Part shown: positions 38,005-49,063 of the stretch, in pieces | How the letters are laid out: every line of letters starts with the position of its first letter | Numbering within the stretch: position 1 is the stretch's first letter | From: a virus | Virus record (IMG/VR): IMGVR_UViG_3300036399_001297 | Coordinates: 19,005 to 83,004 of that record | Strand: one strand, 5' to 3' | Length of the DNA stretch: 64,000 nt | Notes under the pieces: model-generated | Seen by the model: only the letters and a program-made list of their open reading frames with translations | Told to the model about the DNA's origin: nothing | Databases searched by the model: none | Translations under genes and position numbers: made by a program

Positions 38005-39090
38005 TTATTGTAGCTTGGGATTATATACGCCTCTCGCAAAAGCTCCGTTAGCACTACCGTCAGATTCTTTTTTATTTTCAACTAAAAAATCTTTAATATT
38101 TCCTAAAACCTCGTCAACACCCTTACCTTCTTCTATAACATCTATTTTGCTGCCCCCCATAGTACCTTCAAATACATTAGAACTTTGACTGAGTAAAGAT
38201 TGGAATGTTATCGATACACTATATCCTTCTGGTATTAATATATTACCGTATTCCTTTAAAACTCTAGTGGTTCCTATACTTTTAATATCTAATTTAGAAA
38301 TAAAAGCAACAGGCATATAAATACCCCCTTGATACACATTTTCGACTTTATATAGTTTTGGTGGCACATAACTCATAAAGGTTGTACGAGTTTTTAAATT
38401 TTGAAATGTTAATAATGTAATCAAACTATAATTTTTATAAGCTGATGCGGTATCGATTGTATTATATAATGGAAAACTTATGGTAAGTGTTTCTGCGCCA
38501 GATCCACTAAATTTTCTAACTTCTTCGGCTCCTACGCCAGTAAAAAGATTAGATACTATATTTTTACCCAACACTGCATCCTGAGCGCCTTTTATAAGAC
38601 CTCCTGCGATTGGTATATATTGAAGAGGATTTATTGCTCCAGCTACACCATCACCAAGCTCTATTAAACCTTCGGTAACACCTTTCATTGTAGTATCTGC
38701 TTCTTTATCCCATCTGTTAGAAACAGATCGTAAACTATCATTATTTTTTATTAGATGTGGAAATACATAATTAAATCCGGTTGGATTACCACTATACATT
38801 GTTAAATAGGGGTCCATACTTTTATCAGTTGCAAATAATTCATTTTTTAATTGCATGGCTCTTTGAATATTTGTAATAGTTTGCCCCCATGTTAATTCAT
38901 ATTCCTTAACCATTACACTAGGAACCTCATCAGTATCCCCACTAATTTTCCAAGGAAATGACCTCAAAACATTAATTAGAGAAGAACCCCCGTTTGGTTT
39001 AGCCTTAGAATATGTAACATTTCCTATAAACGGTATAGCTATAGTAACTTCATCTATATGAAAAAGATCAAAATTGTTTATAAATGCCAT
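38005..39090 (-). CDS. putative baseplate/tail-tube junction protein (gp48-like)
   Basis: TISFPLYNT, PPKLY, AFISKLDI, VSITF pattern; context. Confidence 0.55.
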   Translation of the reverse strand: MAFINNFDLFHIDEVTIAIPFIGNVTYSKAKPNGGSSLINVLRSFPWKISGDTDEVPSVMVKEYELTWGQTITNIQRAMQLKNELFATDKSMDPYLTMYSGNPTGFNYVFPHLIKNNDSLRSVSNRWDKEADTTMKGVTEGLIELGDGVAGAINPLQYIPIAGGLIKGAQDAVLGKNIVSNLFTGVGAEEVRKFSGSGAETLTISFPLYNTIDTASAYKNYSLITLLTFQNLKTRTTFMSYVPPKLYKVENVYQGGIYMPVAFISKLDIKSIGTTRVLKEYGNILIPEGYSVSITFQSLLSQSSNVFEGTMGGSKIDVIEEGKGVDEVLGNIKDFLVENKKESDGSANGAFARGVYNPKLQ

Positions 39091-39093
39091 ATT

Positions 39094-41910
39094 TTAAGCT
39101 ATCCTTTCTGTTGTAGAAGATCTCCACCAATCACTTCTAAGATCAAAAATAGGATCTCTTTTTCCGGTAGTATAACCACCGTAGTCGGAAGATTGATTAT
39201 TACTTGAATTAGATACTGAAATATTATTTACTGGTGTATTGATATAAGATCCTCCATTTGAATTATCCTTTAATTCTCTCAATCCGGCTAATAATATATT
39301 TGTAAATTCTCCTAATTGTTTATTGATGTTTTCTTCTATTATACCACCACGTTTTAGGGCATAAACATCATCATCTTGATTTAAATATGTTCTTGTATTA
39401 TTTTGAGGATTATAATAATATTTTCCTTCAGAAATATTAGAAATGTCAGAAAAAGAATTATTAGAAGAATCAAAAAAGTCATCAGCTTTCTTTTCTTCGA
39501 TTTGTGCGTTTTCATCAAATTGTGCTTCTAATTGTTTTTGTTTTAATATTCTATATTCTTTAAGGTTTGAATTTGCAATATCTAAAGCTTGTTTTAATTC
39601 TCTTTCTTGATGACCTTTTAGATTATTTGCTGGTTCCAGCATAGCATCCGATATTCTTTCGTCTCTTGATTTTTTATCCAAAAATGGAATTGAAGGCCCA
39701 ATTCTATTTGACAAAACAGATTTTAATTCTTGTTCTAATTTTTCTTTTTCCGCTTGAGCGTCATCTATATTTTTTTGAATCTCATCTAAATTTTTTTGAC
39801 TAAATATATTTGGTTTTTTACTACCTTTAACTTGTTCCAATCTTTGTCTAGCTTGTTTTTGGGCATCCGATACAACCTCTTGATTTAATTGTTCAGTTAC
39901 ACTTAATGCGTTTTCATCTATTTTTAGATCACCTGTATTATCATCATAAGTAATACCTAACCAGTTTGCTACTGATTTTCTCATACCCCCAACTTTTGGT
40001 ATAAAACTACACATCCATCTAAACATACTTTTTTTCAATTCATCGTTAAATTTATCCCAAGAAAAAGATTCAGAACCATCCCCACCAAATGTTCCAGAAT
40101 TAACCATAGCCTGTAATATAGCCGGAAATGGACCAAGAAAAGGTGTTTCGGTTAAATAGTCTAATGCTTCCTTCCAATTACCTTGACCTAAAGCATAAAA
40201 ACCTTTACCCCATTTAATTAATCCTCCGACCAAAGGAATTTCTTGAATAAACTCGACCATCTTACCAAGAAAATCAATTTTCATACCTTGTTTTTCTTCC
40301 ATTGTTTTTGCATCACCTGTATTAAATTCTAACATACCATTTAATACATCTAACCCTAAACTTAAAAATATTCCATAACCGGGTATCAAATTAGCCAGAC
40401 CAGAAACAATATTGAATCCCATGCTAACATAATCACCACTATCATAATCTTGTTTTGCAAAATAAAAGCTAAATAAACTACCGACAAAAGGAATTGCTTT
40501 TAACAGTGTTTTTGATAAGCCACCAAAGAGTTTAGCGCCGATTTTAGGAAAAAACGAAGCTAATTTACCAGCACCTTCCCCAAAAGCCTCTCCACCAACT
40601 TTTCCAAATATACTACCAATACTTTTTTCTATAATATCTCCAATGGTTTCAAAAACCTGTCCTTGCATTTTTAAACCAAAGCCAACCCCACCAACACCAC
40701 CCAAAGTAAGCCATTTTTCCATACCGTCCCATATCTTTGAAAATTTTCCTAAAATATCATCAAAAGATTTTATTTTTATTCCTAATTTATCTTCTAACCA
40801 AGGTTTAAACATATTATCCCATAAAGGACCAATAGCAGACATTAATAATCCACCCGCTAAAAGAATACCGCCGATTTTATATAATAAATTAGACCAAAAA
40901 CCTCCTTCTTCTTGAATTTTATCGGTAAGATTAGTATCACCCACTAATTCTTCTTTTTTGTCAGATATATTAAATCCTATAAAAATATCTTTGAGATAAT
41001 TTATTGTTTTTTCAGATAAAGAAACTTCTGGAATTTCGTCACCAATCTTTTTTTGTTCTGCTCCTATTTTACCAGATACATTATCATTTTTTACTAAATC
41101 CGGTAAATAATCAGCCATTACCTTATCAAATATAGAAAAATAAGTCGATGTAAAAGATTTTATACTAAACATCGAGTCATTTATTTTTTCTAGCAATGTT
41201 TTATTTGAGGCTGTTTCTTCTATTAAGACTGTTATATTATTAGTTAATTCTTCAGAAAAATCATTTACTGTAAAATTTTTATTATCTTCTGTTAAAGTTT
41301 TATCTTCTACAGGTTCTATTTGTTTTGTTATTTCTGATGCCTTTTTATCTTCTACAGGTTCTATTTGTTTTGTTATTTCTTCTGAAATATCCTCAACCAT
41401 AGGAATACTTCTAGCTTTTAATTTAGATGTTTTTCTTTTTTGGGATAAGGGTTCTACACTTTCCTTTAAATCTTCTGAATTTAAATTATTTTCTATATCT
41501 GAAATCTTTTTTTGTATTTTATCATTTAGATTTGTAAAATTTATATCAGGTAAAATTTTTTTAAAATCATAATAATATAAACTTTGTCCCAATTTATCAT
41601 AAAAATTTTCCATTTTTGAAAAAAACGGATTTATGATATCGTCCAATCTTTTGTCTATATTCCTATTTTTTTTATAATTTTCTATATCAATGATATCTGA
41701 AGATTTTTTAATATATGAATTGTTATTACTATTTTCTGATATTTTATCTTCTATTTTTTTATAAAAAGATTTATATTGATCAAAAAGTGGATTTATAACT
41801 TCTTTTTGAAATTGATCACGAATAAGATACAATTGGTTTTCATCAAACAGTATATTAGATATATCTGTATTGTTGTTACCAAAAATATTATTAAAATCAA
41901 AATCAGCCAT
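39094..41910 (-). CDS. putative tape-measure-like / baseplate hub protein
   Basis: 938 aa with Gly-rich hydrophobic repeats (LKAIPFVG, IPGYG, IPLVGG) and coiled coils. Confidence 0.6.
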   Translation of the reverse strand: MADFDFNNIFGNNNTDISNILFDENQLYLIRDQFQKEVINPLFDQYKSFYKKIEDKISENSNNNSYIKKSSDIIDIENYKKNRNIDKRLDDIINPFFSKMENFYDKLGQSLYYYDFKKILPDINFTNLNDKIQKKISDIENNLNSEDLKESVEPLSQKRKTSKLKARSIPMVEDISEEITKQIEPVEDKKASEITKQIEPVEDKTLTEDNKNFTVNDFSEELTNNITVLIEETASNKTLLEKINDSMFSIKSFTSTYFSIFDKVMADYLPDLVKNDNVSGKIGAEQKKIGDEIPEVSLSEKTINYLKDIFIGFNISDKKEELVGDTNLTDKIQEEGGFWSNLLYKIGGILLAGGLLMSAIGPLWDNMFKPWLEDKLGIKIKSFDDILGKFSKIWDGMEKWLTLGGVGGVGFGLKMQGQVFETIGDIIEKSIGSIFGKVGGEAFGEGAGKLASFFPKIGAKLFGGLSKTLLKAIPFVGSLFSFYFAKQDYDSGDYVSMGFNIVSGLANLIPGYGIFLSLGLDVLNGMLEFNTGDAKTMEEKQGMKIDFLGKMVEFIQEIPLVGGLIKWGKGFYALGQGNWKEALDYLTETPFLGPFPAILQAMVNSGTFGGDGSESFSWDKFNDELKKSMFRWMCSFIPKVGGMRKSVANWLGITYDDNTGDLKIDENALSVTEQLNQEVVSDAQKQARQRLEQVKGSKKPNIFSQKNLDEIQKNIDDAQAEKEKLEQELKSVLSNRIGPSIPFLDKKSRDERISDAMLEPANNLKGHQERELKQALDIANSNLKEYRILKQKQLEAQFDENAQIEEKKADDFFDSSNNSFSDISNISEGKYYYNPQNNTRTYLNQDDDVYALKRGGIIEENINKQLGEFTNILLAGLRELKDNSNGGSYINTPVNNISVSNSSNNQSSDYGGYTTGKRDPIFDLRSDWWRSSTTERIA
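41298..41380 (-). repeat. 38-nt direct repeat (period 45) encoding EITKQIEPVEDK twice
   Basis: ttttatcttctacaggttctatttgttttgttatttct at 41298 and 41343. Confidence 0.85.
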
Positions 41911-41936
41911 TTTAAATATTTATGGCTAGAAAGTAG

Positions 41937-42716
41937 TTAACCGATAAAAAATAAAGGATCTATTTTTATTGTATATGATTCGTTTTCTTTTTGAAAAGTT
42001 AAAAAAGCATCAACGGTTTTTTTCCATTCTGACACAACATTTAAAATTTCTTGTATTAGACTAGCTGGCATTTTTTCTACCAGTCTGATTCTTTGTTTAA
42101 AGGTTAAAGGCAACATATCAATATGTTGGTCGTTAATTTTTAATTTTTTAATAGATTTTGCTAATTCTCCTATAAAAGCATTAGATATAACTTCTTGTAT
42201 ATCGTCGGTATTTTTAATATCTTCTGCTTTTTTATTATCCTTTAAGATTGTTTCATCATAATCTTTTTCTTCTAAAATATAACTAGGATAAATTGTTATA
42301 AATATATTATTATGAGATAATACAGTTTCTTTTGGGTGTGTATAATTCTTTTTAAATTCTGCTATTACCGGAGAAATATCAACATCAATTTTATCATCTT
42401 TTTGTTGTATTTTGATAATATTAGATACCTTTTCACGTAATTGTAAACATATCAATATTTTATCTAATATAGTAAATTCCGAAATATCTTCAGACGAATT
42501 ATTTTTAATTATTTCATATAAAGCACTGTTAAATTTTTTACTATAAATACTGCTATCCATAGAACCTGTTAAAATATCTTTTTGTTGTAATGCTGTAATT
42601 TCGTTGAATTTTACAGTTTTATTTTTTGAAGGAATCCAAACTTCAAAAGAATAACTATCAGCGATTTGGGTTAATTCTATTAGGGCTTTATTAAAATCTA
42701 AAATATCTTCTTCCAT
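41937..42716 (-). CDS. baseplate hub assembly protein (gp26-like)
   Basis: VWIPSKNKTVKF..ITALQQK, DKILICLQLR, IYPS. Confidence 0.6.
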   Translation of the reverse strand: MEEDILDFNKALIELTQIADSYSFEVWIPSKNKTVKFNEITALQQKDILTGSMDSSIYSKKFNSALYEIIKNNSSEDISEFTILDKILICLQLREKVSNIIKIQQKDDKIDVDISPVIAEFKKNYTHPKETVLSHNNIFITIYPSYILEEKDYDETILKDNKKAEDIKNTDDIQEVISNAFIGELAKSIKKLKINDQHIDMLPLTFKQRIRLVEKMPASLIQEILNVVSEWKKTVDAFLTFQKENESYTIKIDPLFFIG

Positions 42717-42751
42717 ATTTATTATTTATATCTATATTATGTTAAATCAAC

Positions 42752-43609
42752 CTATTCCATAGGAAATGGATTTTTGCTTTTACTTTCTTTTTCCTGCATA
42801 TAAAAATTTAAATACATTCTTCTTTCAGCGGGAGAGGTTTTCATCAAATATTCTGGATTCATATCAGACAATAAATATATTTCTCTATGGATACTCTCTA
42901 TGTCGTATAAAGATAATATTTTAATTATTTCTAAATAAGAACTATTATATATGTTTATTTTAAAATTTTTAAAATATTCTATATTGAATATGTTGATTTT
43001 ATCCAAAGTATCAAATATATTTAATAAGTTTTGTTTAATTTTAAAAACTAAAGACAATGGCAATTTATTATATAACACCTCTCTTTGATCATATGATAAA
43101 TTGGAAAAATTTATATTATTTATTTTTTTAATAAACAGATAGAAAGAATTCATAATATCTGCTGTATTTTTTTTGATATTAATTATTGTATTAAAATCTT
43201 TTAAATAAGGAAATCCTAACACTATATTATAATTTGAATCTGTTATTTTTAATAAATTTGTATCTATATTATCATATATGTTTTTTAGGATATCATTTAG
43301 ATTTAAATTTATTTTGGCTTTTACATTATTAATCTCGGTCATCAATTCCAATTTAGGACCAGTAGAAATAGTTCTACTTTTGATAATATAAAATATAAAT
43401 TCTATTAAATCTATATTTTCAAAATCTTTTTTATTTTTAATAGAAGATAGACAAACTTCTTTTAAAAAATTAAAATACTGCGAGCTATCATTAAACGTTA
43501 AACGAGATTTTGAAAGATATAACTGATCTTTTGTTGTTATTTCTTTAAAATTTGTTTTTATATTTGAATATGGAAATTCTAAGAAATAATCGTAATATAC
43601 ATTATCCAT
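42752..43609 (-). CDS. baseplate hub assembly protein (gp26/gp51-like)
   Basis: FKEITTKDQ, IIKSRTISTG, LGFP, C-terminal SPAERRMY. Confidence 0.6.
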   Translation of the reverse strand: MDNVYYDYFLEFPYSNIKTNFKEITTKDQLYLSKSRLTFNDSSQYFNFLKEVCLSSIKNKKDFENIDLIEFIFYIIKSRTISTGPKLELMTEINNVKAKINLNLNDILKNIYDNIDTNLLKITDSNYNIVLGFPYLKDFNTIINIKKNTADIMNSFYLFIKKINNINFSNLSYDQREVLYNKLPLSLVFKIKQNLLNIFDTLDKINIFNIEYFKNFKINIYNSSYLEIIKILSLYDIESIHREIYLLSDMNPEYLMKTSPAERRMYLNFYMQEKESKSKNPFPME

Positions 43610-43617
43610 CTTTTATG

Positions 43618-44364
43618 TTATCCTCCTAACCCCTGAAGAAAGCTTAATAACCCGTTACTGTTAGATTTTTTATCTACATGATTAGCAGTATCACCTTCGG
43701 ATACTGAGTATTTATCATAAACAAAGTTTACCTTTTGTACTTTTAATGCATCTGGTTGGTGACTGTATGTTTCTTGTCCTATATTTATAGGAACAACATT
43801 TTTATAAGAAAATATTTTTCTAGGGACCATTGATGTAAATGAACCAGTTTTAGCATAGAAAAACACATCAACTTGCCCACATTTTACGTTTTTACGAGAA
43901 TCGCTTCCTCTCGCAACTAAACCATAATAAGAAGCTAATATCAACCAAGGTCTTATAAAGAAATCTACAAATGATGCATTGGTTTCTAAAAAATCTATGG
44001 TTAAATTATCATAAGAGGCTCTAGTATCACTTGTAGCTGGAGCCATAAATCCACCGTAGGAAAGACCCCTGTTTTGAGCCGCAAGCGATTCTCTTGGTGT
44101 GTTTACTTGTTTAGCAAATGCACACCCCATCATACTATCCAAAGAATACTGAAACGTTTCGCTAATTAATCTGTTACGAGTCTTATTGGAATATTTCCAA
44201 TCCTGCCCATATTCCATTCTGTTTAAAGCATTTTGAAAATTCTGAGATAACAAAGGAAGACTATCGAAATGAAATAAAACAAGCCACTGTGACGGTAAAA
44301 CAGGATTTCCCGCCCATGTTCCTAAAACTTCACTCAAATAATATTCATACGAGCTAGATGCCAT
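43618..44364 (-). CDS. tail tube-like protein (gp54/gp19 family)
   Basis: LTIDFLET, FIRPW, YKNVVPINI, VNFVY. Confidence 0.65.
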   Translation of the reverse strand: MASSSYEYYLSEVLGTWAGNPVLPSQWLVLFHFDSLPLLSQNFQNALNRMEYGQDWKYSNKTRNRLISETFQYSLDSMMGCAFAKQVNTPRESLAAQNRGLSYGGFMAPATSDTRASYDNLTIDFLETNASFVDFFIRPWLILASYYGLVARGSDSRKNVKCGQVDVFFYAKTGSFTSMVPRKIFSYKNVVPINIGQETYSHQPDALKVQKVNFVYDKYSVSEGDTANHVDKKSNSNGLLSFLQGLGG

Positions 44365-44393
44365 ATAAATATTTATACGAAACAGCTAATTTA

Positions 44394-44969
44394 TTATCTG
44401 GATATTCTCCAATATTGATACGCTAAATTAACTTGTTGTGTAACAATTTCTCCGGATTGTGTTATATCTAAATTTATGGCTCCTAATGATCGGCAATATG
44501 CTCCATAAAGAGTATAAGTTCTTCCTTGAAGTACTCCGCCGTTTTTGTCCACAAGACTCATTACAATTTGATTATCGGCTGATTTATTTGGAATATTATA
44601 AGCACCGGAAGAGGTTTGATCGTTGAATACTAAATGAGTCCAATCTTCAAATTTTCTTCTGATGGAATAATTTTGAGGCATTCTAAACGTAACTTGCCAA
44701 TTGTCAGATCCAGTATATTTGGCCGTACCGGGAACATTGAATTGTAATCCCATAAAAGGAGTCGGAATATTTGTGATTTCACGACCGGGTAATGTGGTTG
44801 TGGTTACATACAACAATTCATCTTGAGAAAATTTAGTTCCCCCTAAATTTACAATACGAAATAGATTCGTACGCGCAAAATCATTAGTGGAAATAGTGTC
44901 ATAAAAATTCTCAATACCTAATGTAGTAAAGAGTCCTGTTGCTATGTTATTTAAAGTTTCGTTTGCCAT
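44394..44969 (-). CDS. tail tube protein (gp19-like)
   Basis: ARTNLFR, TTLPG, WQVTF, RRKFEDW, LAYQYW; adjacent to sheath. Confidence 0.88.
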   Translation of the reverse strand: MANETLNNIATGLFTTLGIENFYDTISTNDFARTNLFRIVNLGGTKFSQDELLYVTTTTLPGREITNIPTPFMGLQFNVPGTAKYTGSDNWQVTFRMPQNYSIRRKFEDWTHLVFNDQTSSGAYNIPNKSADNQIVMSLVDKNGGVLQGRTYTLYGAYCRSLGAINLDITQSGEIVTQQVNLAYQYWRISR

Positions 44970-44985
44970 ATAAATATTTATCTTT

Positions 44986-47424
44986 TTATCCGATTATTTC
45001 TTGAAAATCTACACCAGTTCTAGTAGCAATAAAATCCGCTAAAATATATTCGGCAGTTCTTACTGGTTGGATATAGATAGAAACTTTCATTTCATTATTA
45101 TCTATAATATCAGGAGTATTGTTTCTTTCGTCACATATAATCTGATAGTTATAGATACCATCATTAACCTTTGCTTGATCGAAAACTGGTGTAATAGCAC
45201 CAACTAAACGAGTTCTGGTTGAAATAGAGTTAGGTTCAAACAAGAAGAATTTCAATACACTTTGAGTAGATTTTTCTAAATATAAGAATAATCTTCTTAC
45301 GTTAATTCTGTCAAATGCGGATGGTTTTTTGTATAGTGTTTTTTGACCGTATACTACAAACCCGTCAGCAGGGAAAAATGCAATCGGATTAACGCTTATT
45401 TTATATAACAAATCTCTTTGTTTTTGAGTTGTGACAACACCAATGTCGGTTACACCCGCTAAAGTACCTCTATTAAATCCGGCTGGAGCACTCCATTGGA
45501 AATTAATTCTATCGCTTGCTACCATATTACCAGCAACAAAACCAGATGGAGGAACCCAAACCTGAGTATCAGATGCAGCATCATTGGTTTTTAACCAGTT
45601 ACCATAAACAGCAGCATAAGAGGTTTCAATACCAGCAAATAAATTTTTAAGAGGCCAGTATATATTATTAGAGAAAATAAAATCTCTTCTTTTGGTTATC
45701 TTATAATCTTTTCCGGTAACATAAACATAACGTAATCCGTCAGCTAAGAAGATATGATCTTTTCTGGTTTGTTGAGCAAAAGAAACAAATTGATTTGCAA
45801 CAGAAACATAATCATCTCTTACTCCAGCAACTATACTATTATCATTTGTATATAATACATTAATATCAACAGGATAGGTATCATCAAAAACATCTTCGGT
45901 TGGATATTTTTCCTTACGAGCTTTAGCGCCTGTCCAGATTGTACCAAGTCCTGCTTCGGTGATAATATCCAATCCGATATCATCGTTAATTTCAAGATTT
46001 CTTAAAACTCTTTGTAATTTTGATGGAATGTTTCCGATTTTTTTAGAATCTTTATTACTTTCGGAATTATAAACCCCAATAGAATAAGCATGTTTAGCGG
46101 GATTAGAAACTCTTACAGTCTTAGAAGGTTTACCGCTTGCATTAAGCCATTTTCCGGATCTAGCTAAATATGGATTAACCATTACTCTAACATTAGCAGA
46201 ACTATTGTTTATTACGTCTTCAATGAAAAATGTTTTTGGTTTTCCGCCATTAGGATCATTTTGGGTTCTTCTTTGATACAAAGATCCACTATATCCTTCT
46301 GCTAAATTATAATCTAGGGTTACGGTATCTTTATTATATATAGAAGAACGAATTTTAAACAACCCGAACACCAAGCTATCGGTATAATCTTGACCTGAAA
46401 AATCAAATTGTGTAGGTAAATTTTCCAATGCTTCTGACATACTTCCGGTTCCATAACTTCCCGATAAAGATGTAACTCTGAAAGAAAATCTAGATGAAGG
46501 CACAGTTGATTCTAATTGATATTGATCAGAAACAATTTGATTAAATGCTTTTACTGATCCAATTGAATCAAAATCAGTGGAAGGATTTATATTAGAATTA
46601 TCAGCTATTGCTAAATAGTATCCTTCAAATAAATCATTTAAAGTTGTTTTTGCTGTATTAATTACAACTATACCGGACTTTTTAAGATCGTTAAAACTAG
46701 AAATCGTATCGTTAATGGTTTTATCTTCCGCCCATTCTTCATCGTCGTTCCAATTATTACTATCCACAAGAGTAGAATTGTATTCTGGAGCCTCTTGCCA
46801 GTCTATACCACCTTCTAAAACGGATTGATATTGTTCTTGTGTTAATAAAACAGAATATGGGGTTTTAATACCGACAAATTCAGAATCATCATATGATACA
46901 GAAGTAGACGTAAAATTAGCAGATGTTACAACTGATACCAATGTATTTTCAAAACAAGCAATAGTTGTATTTGTAGTATCAACATAATATTTTGAGTATT
47001 CTTTAGTATAAGTTCCTAAAAATACAGGAACACCAGCGCTTAAAGCGATTTGGCCGTTAGTGGTACTTAAGTTGGCTATTAATGTACTGATTTGTGTTTC
47101 TACGGGATAAACGGTAGCACTATAATTATTAGAAAACCCTACACCGTCATCACTTCCATAAGGCAAACGAGAAACTAAAAGATTTCCGTTGTTATTTAAA
47201 ACTTGTCTAGCGGAATGATATAAATATCTTTCAGCTGGATTACTTGGTTGCCCGAAAACGTCTTCAAATTCTGTAACAGATCCGATACTGATTATTTCAT
47301 CGGTCGGTCCTTGAGGAGTAAAACCAGTCATAAATACGTTGGTTTCTCCAGCTGGACGAGCTATTACACTCAAATCAATTTCATTTATTTGTACGCCGGG
47401 TGAAGCTATAGTTCTTGTTGCCAT
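44986..47424 (-). CDS. contractile tail sheath protein (gp18-like)
   Basis: SPGVQINEIDLS, WSAPAGFNRG, YGQKTL, SAFDRINVRRLF, CDERNNTP, PVRTAEYI. Confidence 0.95.
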   Translation of the reverse strand: MATRTIASPGVQINEIDLSVIARPAGETNVFMTGFTPQGPTDEIISIGSVTEFEDVFGQPSNPAERYLYHSARQVLNNNGNLLVSRLPYGSDDGVGFSNNYSATVYPVETQISTLIANLSTTNGQIALSAGVPVFLGTYTKEYSKYYVDTTNTTIACFENTLVSVVTSANFTSTSVSYDDSEFVGIKTPYSVLLTQEQYQSVLEGGIDWQEAPEYNSTLVDSNNWNDDEEWAEDKTINDTISSFNDLKKSGIVVINTAKTTLNDLFEGYYLAIADNSNINPSTDFDSIGSVKAFNQIVSDQYQLESTVPSSRFSFRVTSLSGSYGTGSMSEALENLPTQFDFSGQDYTDSLVFGLFKIRSSIYNKDTVTLDYNLAEGYSGSLYQRRTQNDPNGGKPKTFFIEDVINNSSANVRVMVNPYLARSGKWLNASGKPSKTVRVSNPAKHAYSIGVYNSESNKDSKKIGNIPSKLQRVLRNLEINDDIGLDIITEAGLGTIWTGAKARKEKYPTEDVFDDTYPVDINVLYTNDNSIVAGVRDDYVSVANQFVSFAQQTRKDHIFLADGLRYVYVTGKDYKITKRRDFIFSNNIYWPLKNLFAGIETSYAAVYGNWLKTNDAASDTQVWVPPSGFVAGNMVASDRINFQWSAPAGFNRGTLAGVTDIGVVTTQKQRDLLYKISVNPIAFFPADGFVVYGQKTLYKKPSAFDRINVRRLFLYLEKSTQSVLKFFLFEPNSISTRTRLVGAITPVFDQAKVNDGIYNYQIICDERNNTPDIIDNNEMKVSIYIQPVRTAEYILADFIATRTGVDFQEIIG

Positions 47425-47508
47425 AATTTATATAAATTACTTACCATTTCCAATTACCATTTTTATTAAATATATAAAAATGATACAATATGATAAGTAA
47501 TTTTAAAT

Positions 47509-47790
47509 ATGTCAAAATTTAATGATACCGTAAGAGAGATTTTAGAAGAATCTGGAAAATGCACAGGTCCAACTAAAAAAACATCATCAACATCTAAAGG
47601 TAAAAAATGGATGCAATGTGTTAAAAATCCTAAAGGTAAGGGATATAAGAGAGTACATTTCGGCCAAAAAGGTGTAAAAGCTACTGGCAAATCTGGTAAT
47701 ACAAAACGAAAAAAATCATTTCGCGCCAGGCATAAATGCTCCACCGCAAAACCAGGCACGGCCAAATACCTAAGTTGTAAAAACTGGTGA
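47509..47790 (+). CDS. small basic protein
   Basis: KKWM..VHFGQKG...RKKSFRARHKC...YLSCKNW motif recognisable from large dsDNA viruses; TAAGTA upstream. Confidence 0.7.
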   Translation: MSKFNDTVREILEESGKCTGPTKKTSSTSKGKKWMQCVKNPKGKGYKRVHFGQKGVKATGKSGNTKRKKSFRARHKCSTAKPGTAKYLSCKNW

Positions 47791-48666
47791 TTATAAAGTA
47801 TTTATATTAATTTTTTGTTCTTCTATATAATATCCTTTTATTTTATACGGCATTCCGTTTTTTCTTTTTTTATTAAAAGTATTTCTTAATCCTCTATAAT
47901 CAATATTTCGTTCTCTGCAAAAAACTACAAGTTTATTGACTTTTATTTTTTCATTTTCTGGAGTCACGACAATATATGAATATGCTGTTTTTTGAATTTT
48001 TTGGCTATTTTTTTCTCTAAAACTTTTAAGTCTTTCTATTTCTAATTGTTTTTTATAATGATTGTTATAGTTTAAATTGTATTTTTTTATCCATTTTGAT
48101 ATTGTATTTCTATCAAGATTTATTTCGCTGGCAATATCTTTTATTAATACATTTTCGTTTAATTTTTTTTGTATATGTTCTATTTTTTCTTTATTTTTTA
48201 AATACAATGTTTTTTTTGTACTTTCTGTTTGTTTTTTTCTCATATCTTTATAAAAATCTTCTCCATATATTTTTTTGATTTCTTCTACGCTTAAAGGTTG
48301 ATTTCCACCATTCAATAAATTACATAAAGTTCCTTTTCCTTCAATTCTTTTACCATATAAATTTATTAATTCCAATTCTTTTTCTAAAGCTTCTTTTTCA
48401 GTCAAACTATCAACTAATATTTTTTCAGTAAAATCAGAATTTTTATTAAAAATAGATTTCAATTTACAATATAAAAAATAATTTGTTATTTTTCCTAATT
48501 TATAATTTTTTCTGTGATGTTTATATCTTTTATCGGTTCCTTTTCCTATATAAAAACATATATCATTTTCATCAAATAACCCATACACATAGTATTTTTT
48601 TCCATATAAATATTTACCAATCTTTACACGCAATAATTTATTTTTAAAACTTGTAGAAAATACCAT
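47791..48666 (-). CDS. free-standing GIY-YIG (LEM-3-like) endonuclease with C-terminal HTH
   Basis: YYVYGL..FYIGKG..R..H, EALEKE.ELI..YG, LCNLLNGG; IKDIASEINLDRNTISKW. Confidence 0.8.
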   Translation of the reverse strand: MVFSTSFKNKLLRVKIGKYLYGKKYYVYGLFDENDICFYIGKGTDKRYKHHRKNYKLGKITNYFLYCKLKSIFNKNSDFTEKILVDSLTEKEALEKELELINLYGKRIEGKGTLCNLLNGGNQPLSVEEIKKIYGEDFYKDMRKKQTESTKKTLYLKNKEKIEHIQKKLNENVLIKDIASEINLDRNTISKWIKKYNLNYNNHYKKQLEIERLKSFREKNSQKIQKTAYSYIVVTPENEKIKVNKLVVFCRERNIDYRGLRNTFNKKRKNGMPYKIKGYYIEEQKININTL

Positions 48667-48689
48667 TAAGTATAAGTATAAATAAACCT

Positions 48690-49052
48690 ATGAACAAATT
48701 TGAAAAAATATATAAAGAAGCTGTAACAAATGTAATGGCAACCGGAAACAACCAAACAACAACAAATCCTGATGCATTTAAATCTTCACTGTTAACAGAT
48801 TTAAAAATTAATCCGCAAGATTTTCAAAAAATTAAACAAAAGTTGCAACAAAATTTACCCAATGTCCAAAACATAGATCAACTTTTTAGACTTTTAGCGA
48901 ATACTGATGAAGAAAACGCTACAACCAAAACAACAAATAAACCAGAAGACCAACAAAATAAAGGTCAAACTGGTGGTCAAAACCCAACTTTAGATATGGT
49001 ACAAAAACAACAAGCCCCGACATCAAACGCAGCTACACGACCATTGGTATAA
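48690..49052 (+). CDS. hypothetical Gln/Thr-rich protein
   Basis: 120 aa; TAAATA 5 nt upstream. Confidence 0.6.
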   Translation: MNKFEKIYKEAVTNVMATGNNQTTTNPDAFKSSLLTDLKINPQDFQKIKQKLQQNLPNVQNIDQLFRLLANTDEENATTKTTNKPEDQQNKGQTGGQNPTLDMVQKQQAPTSNAATRPLV

Positions 49053-49063
49053 ATTCCTTTTAA

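Noticed and set aside
47466-47765. 99-aa minus-strand ORF
   Set aside because: Antisense to the 93-aa gene, which has a recognisable motif and an upstream box
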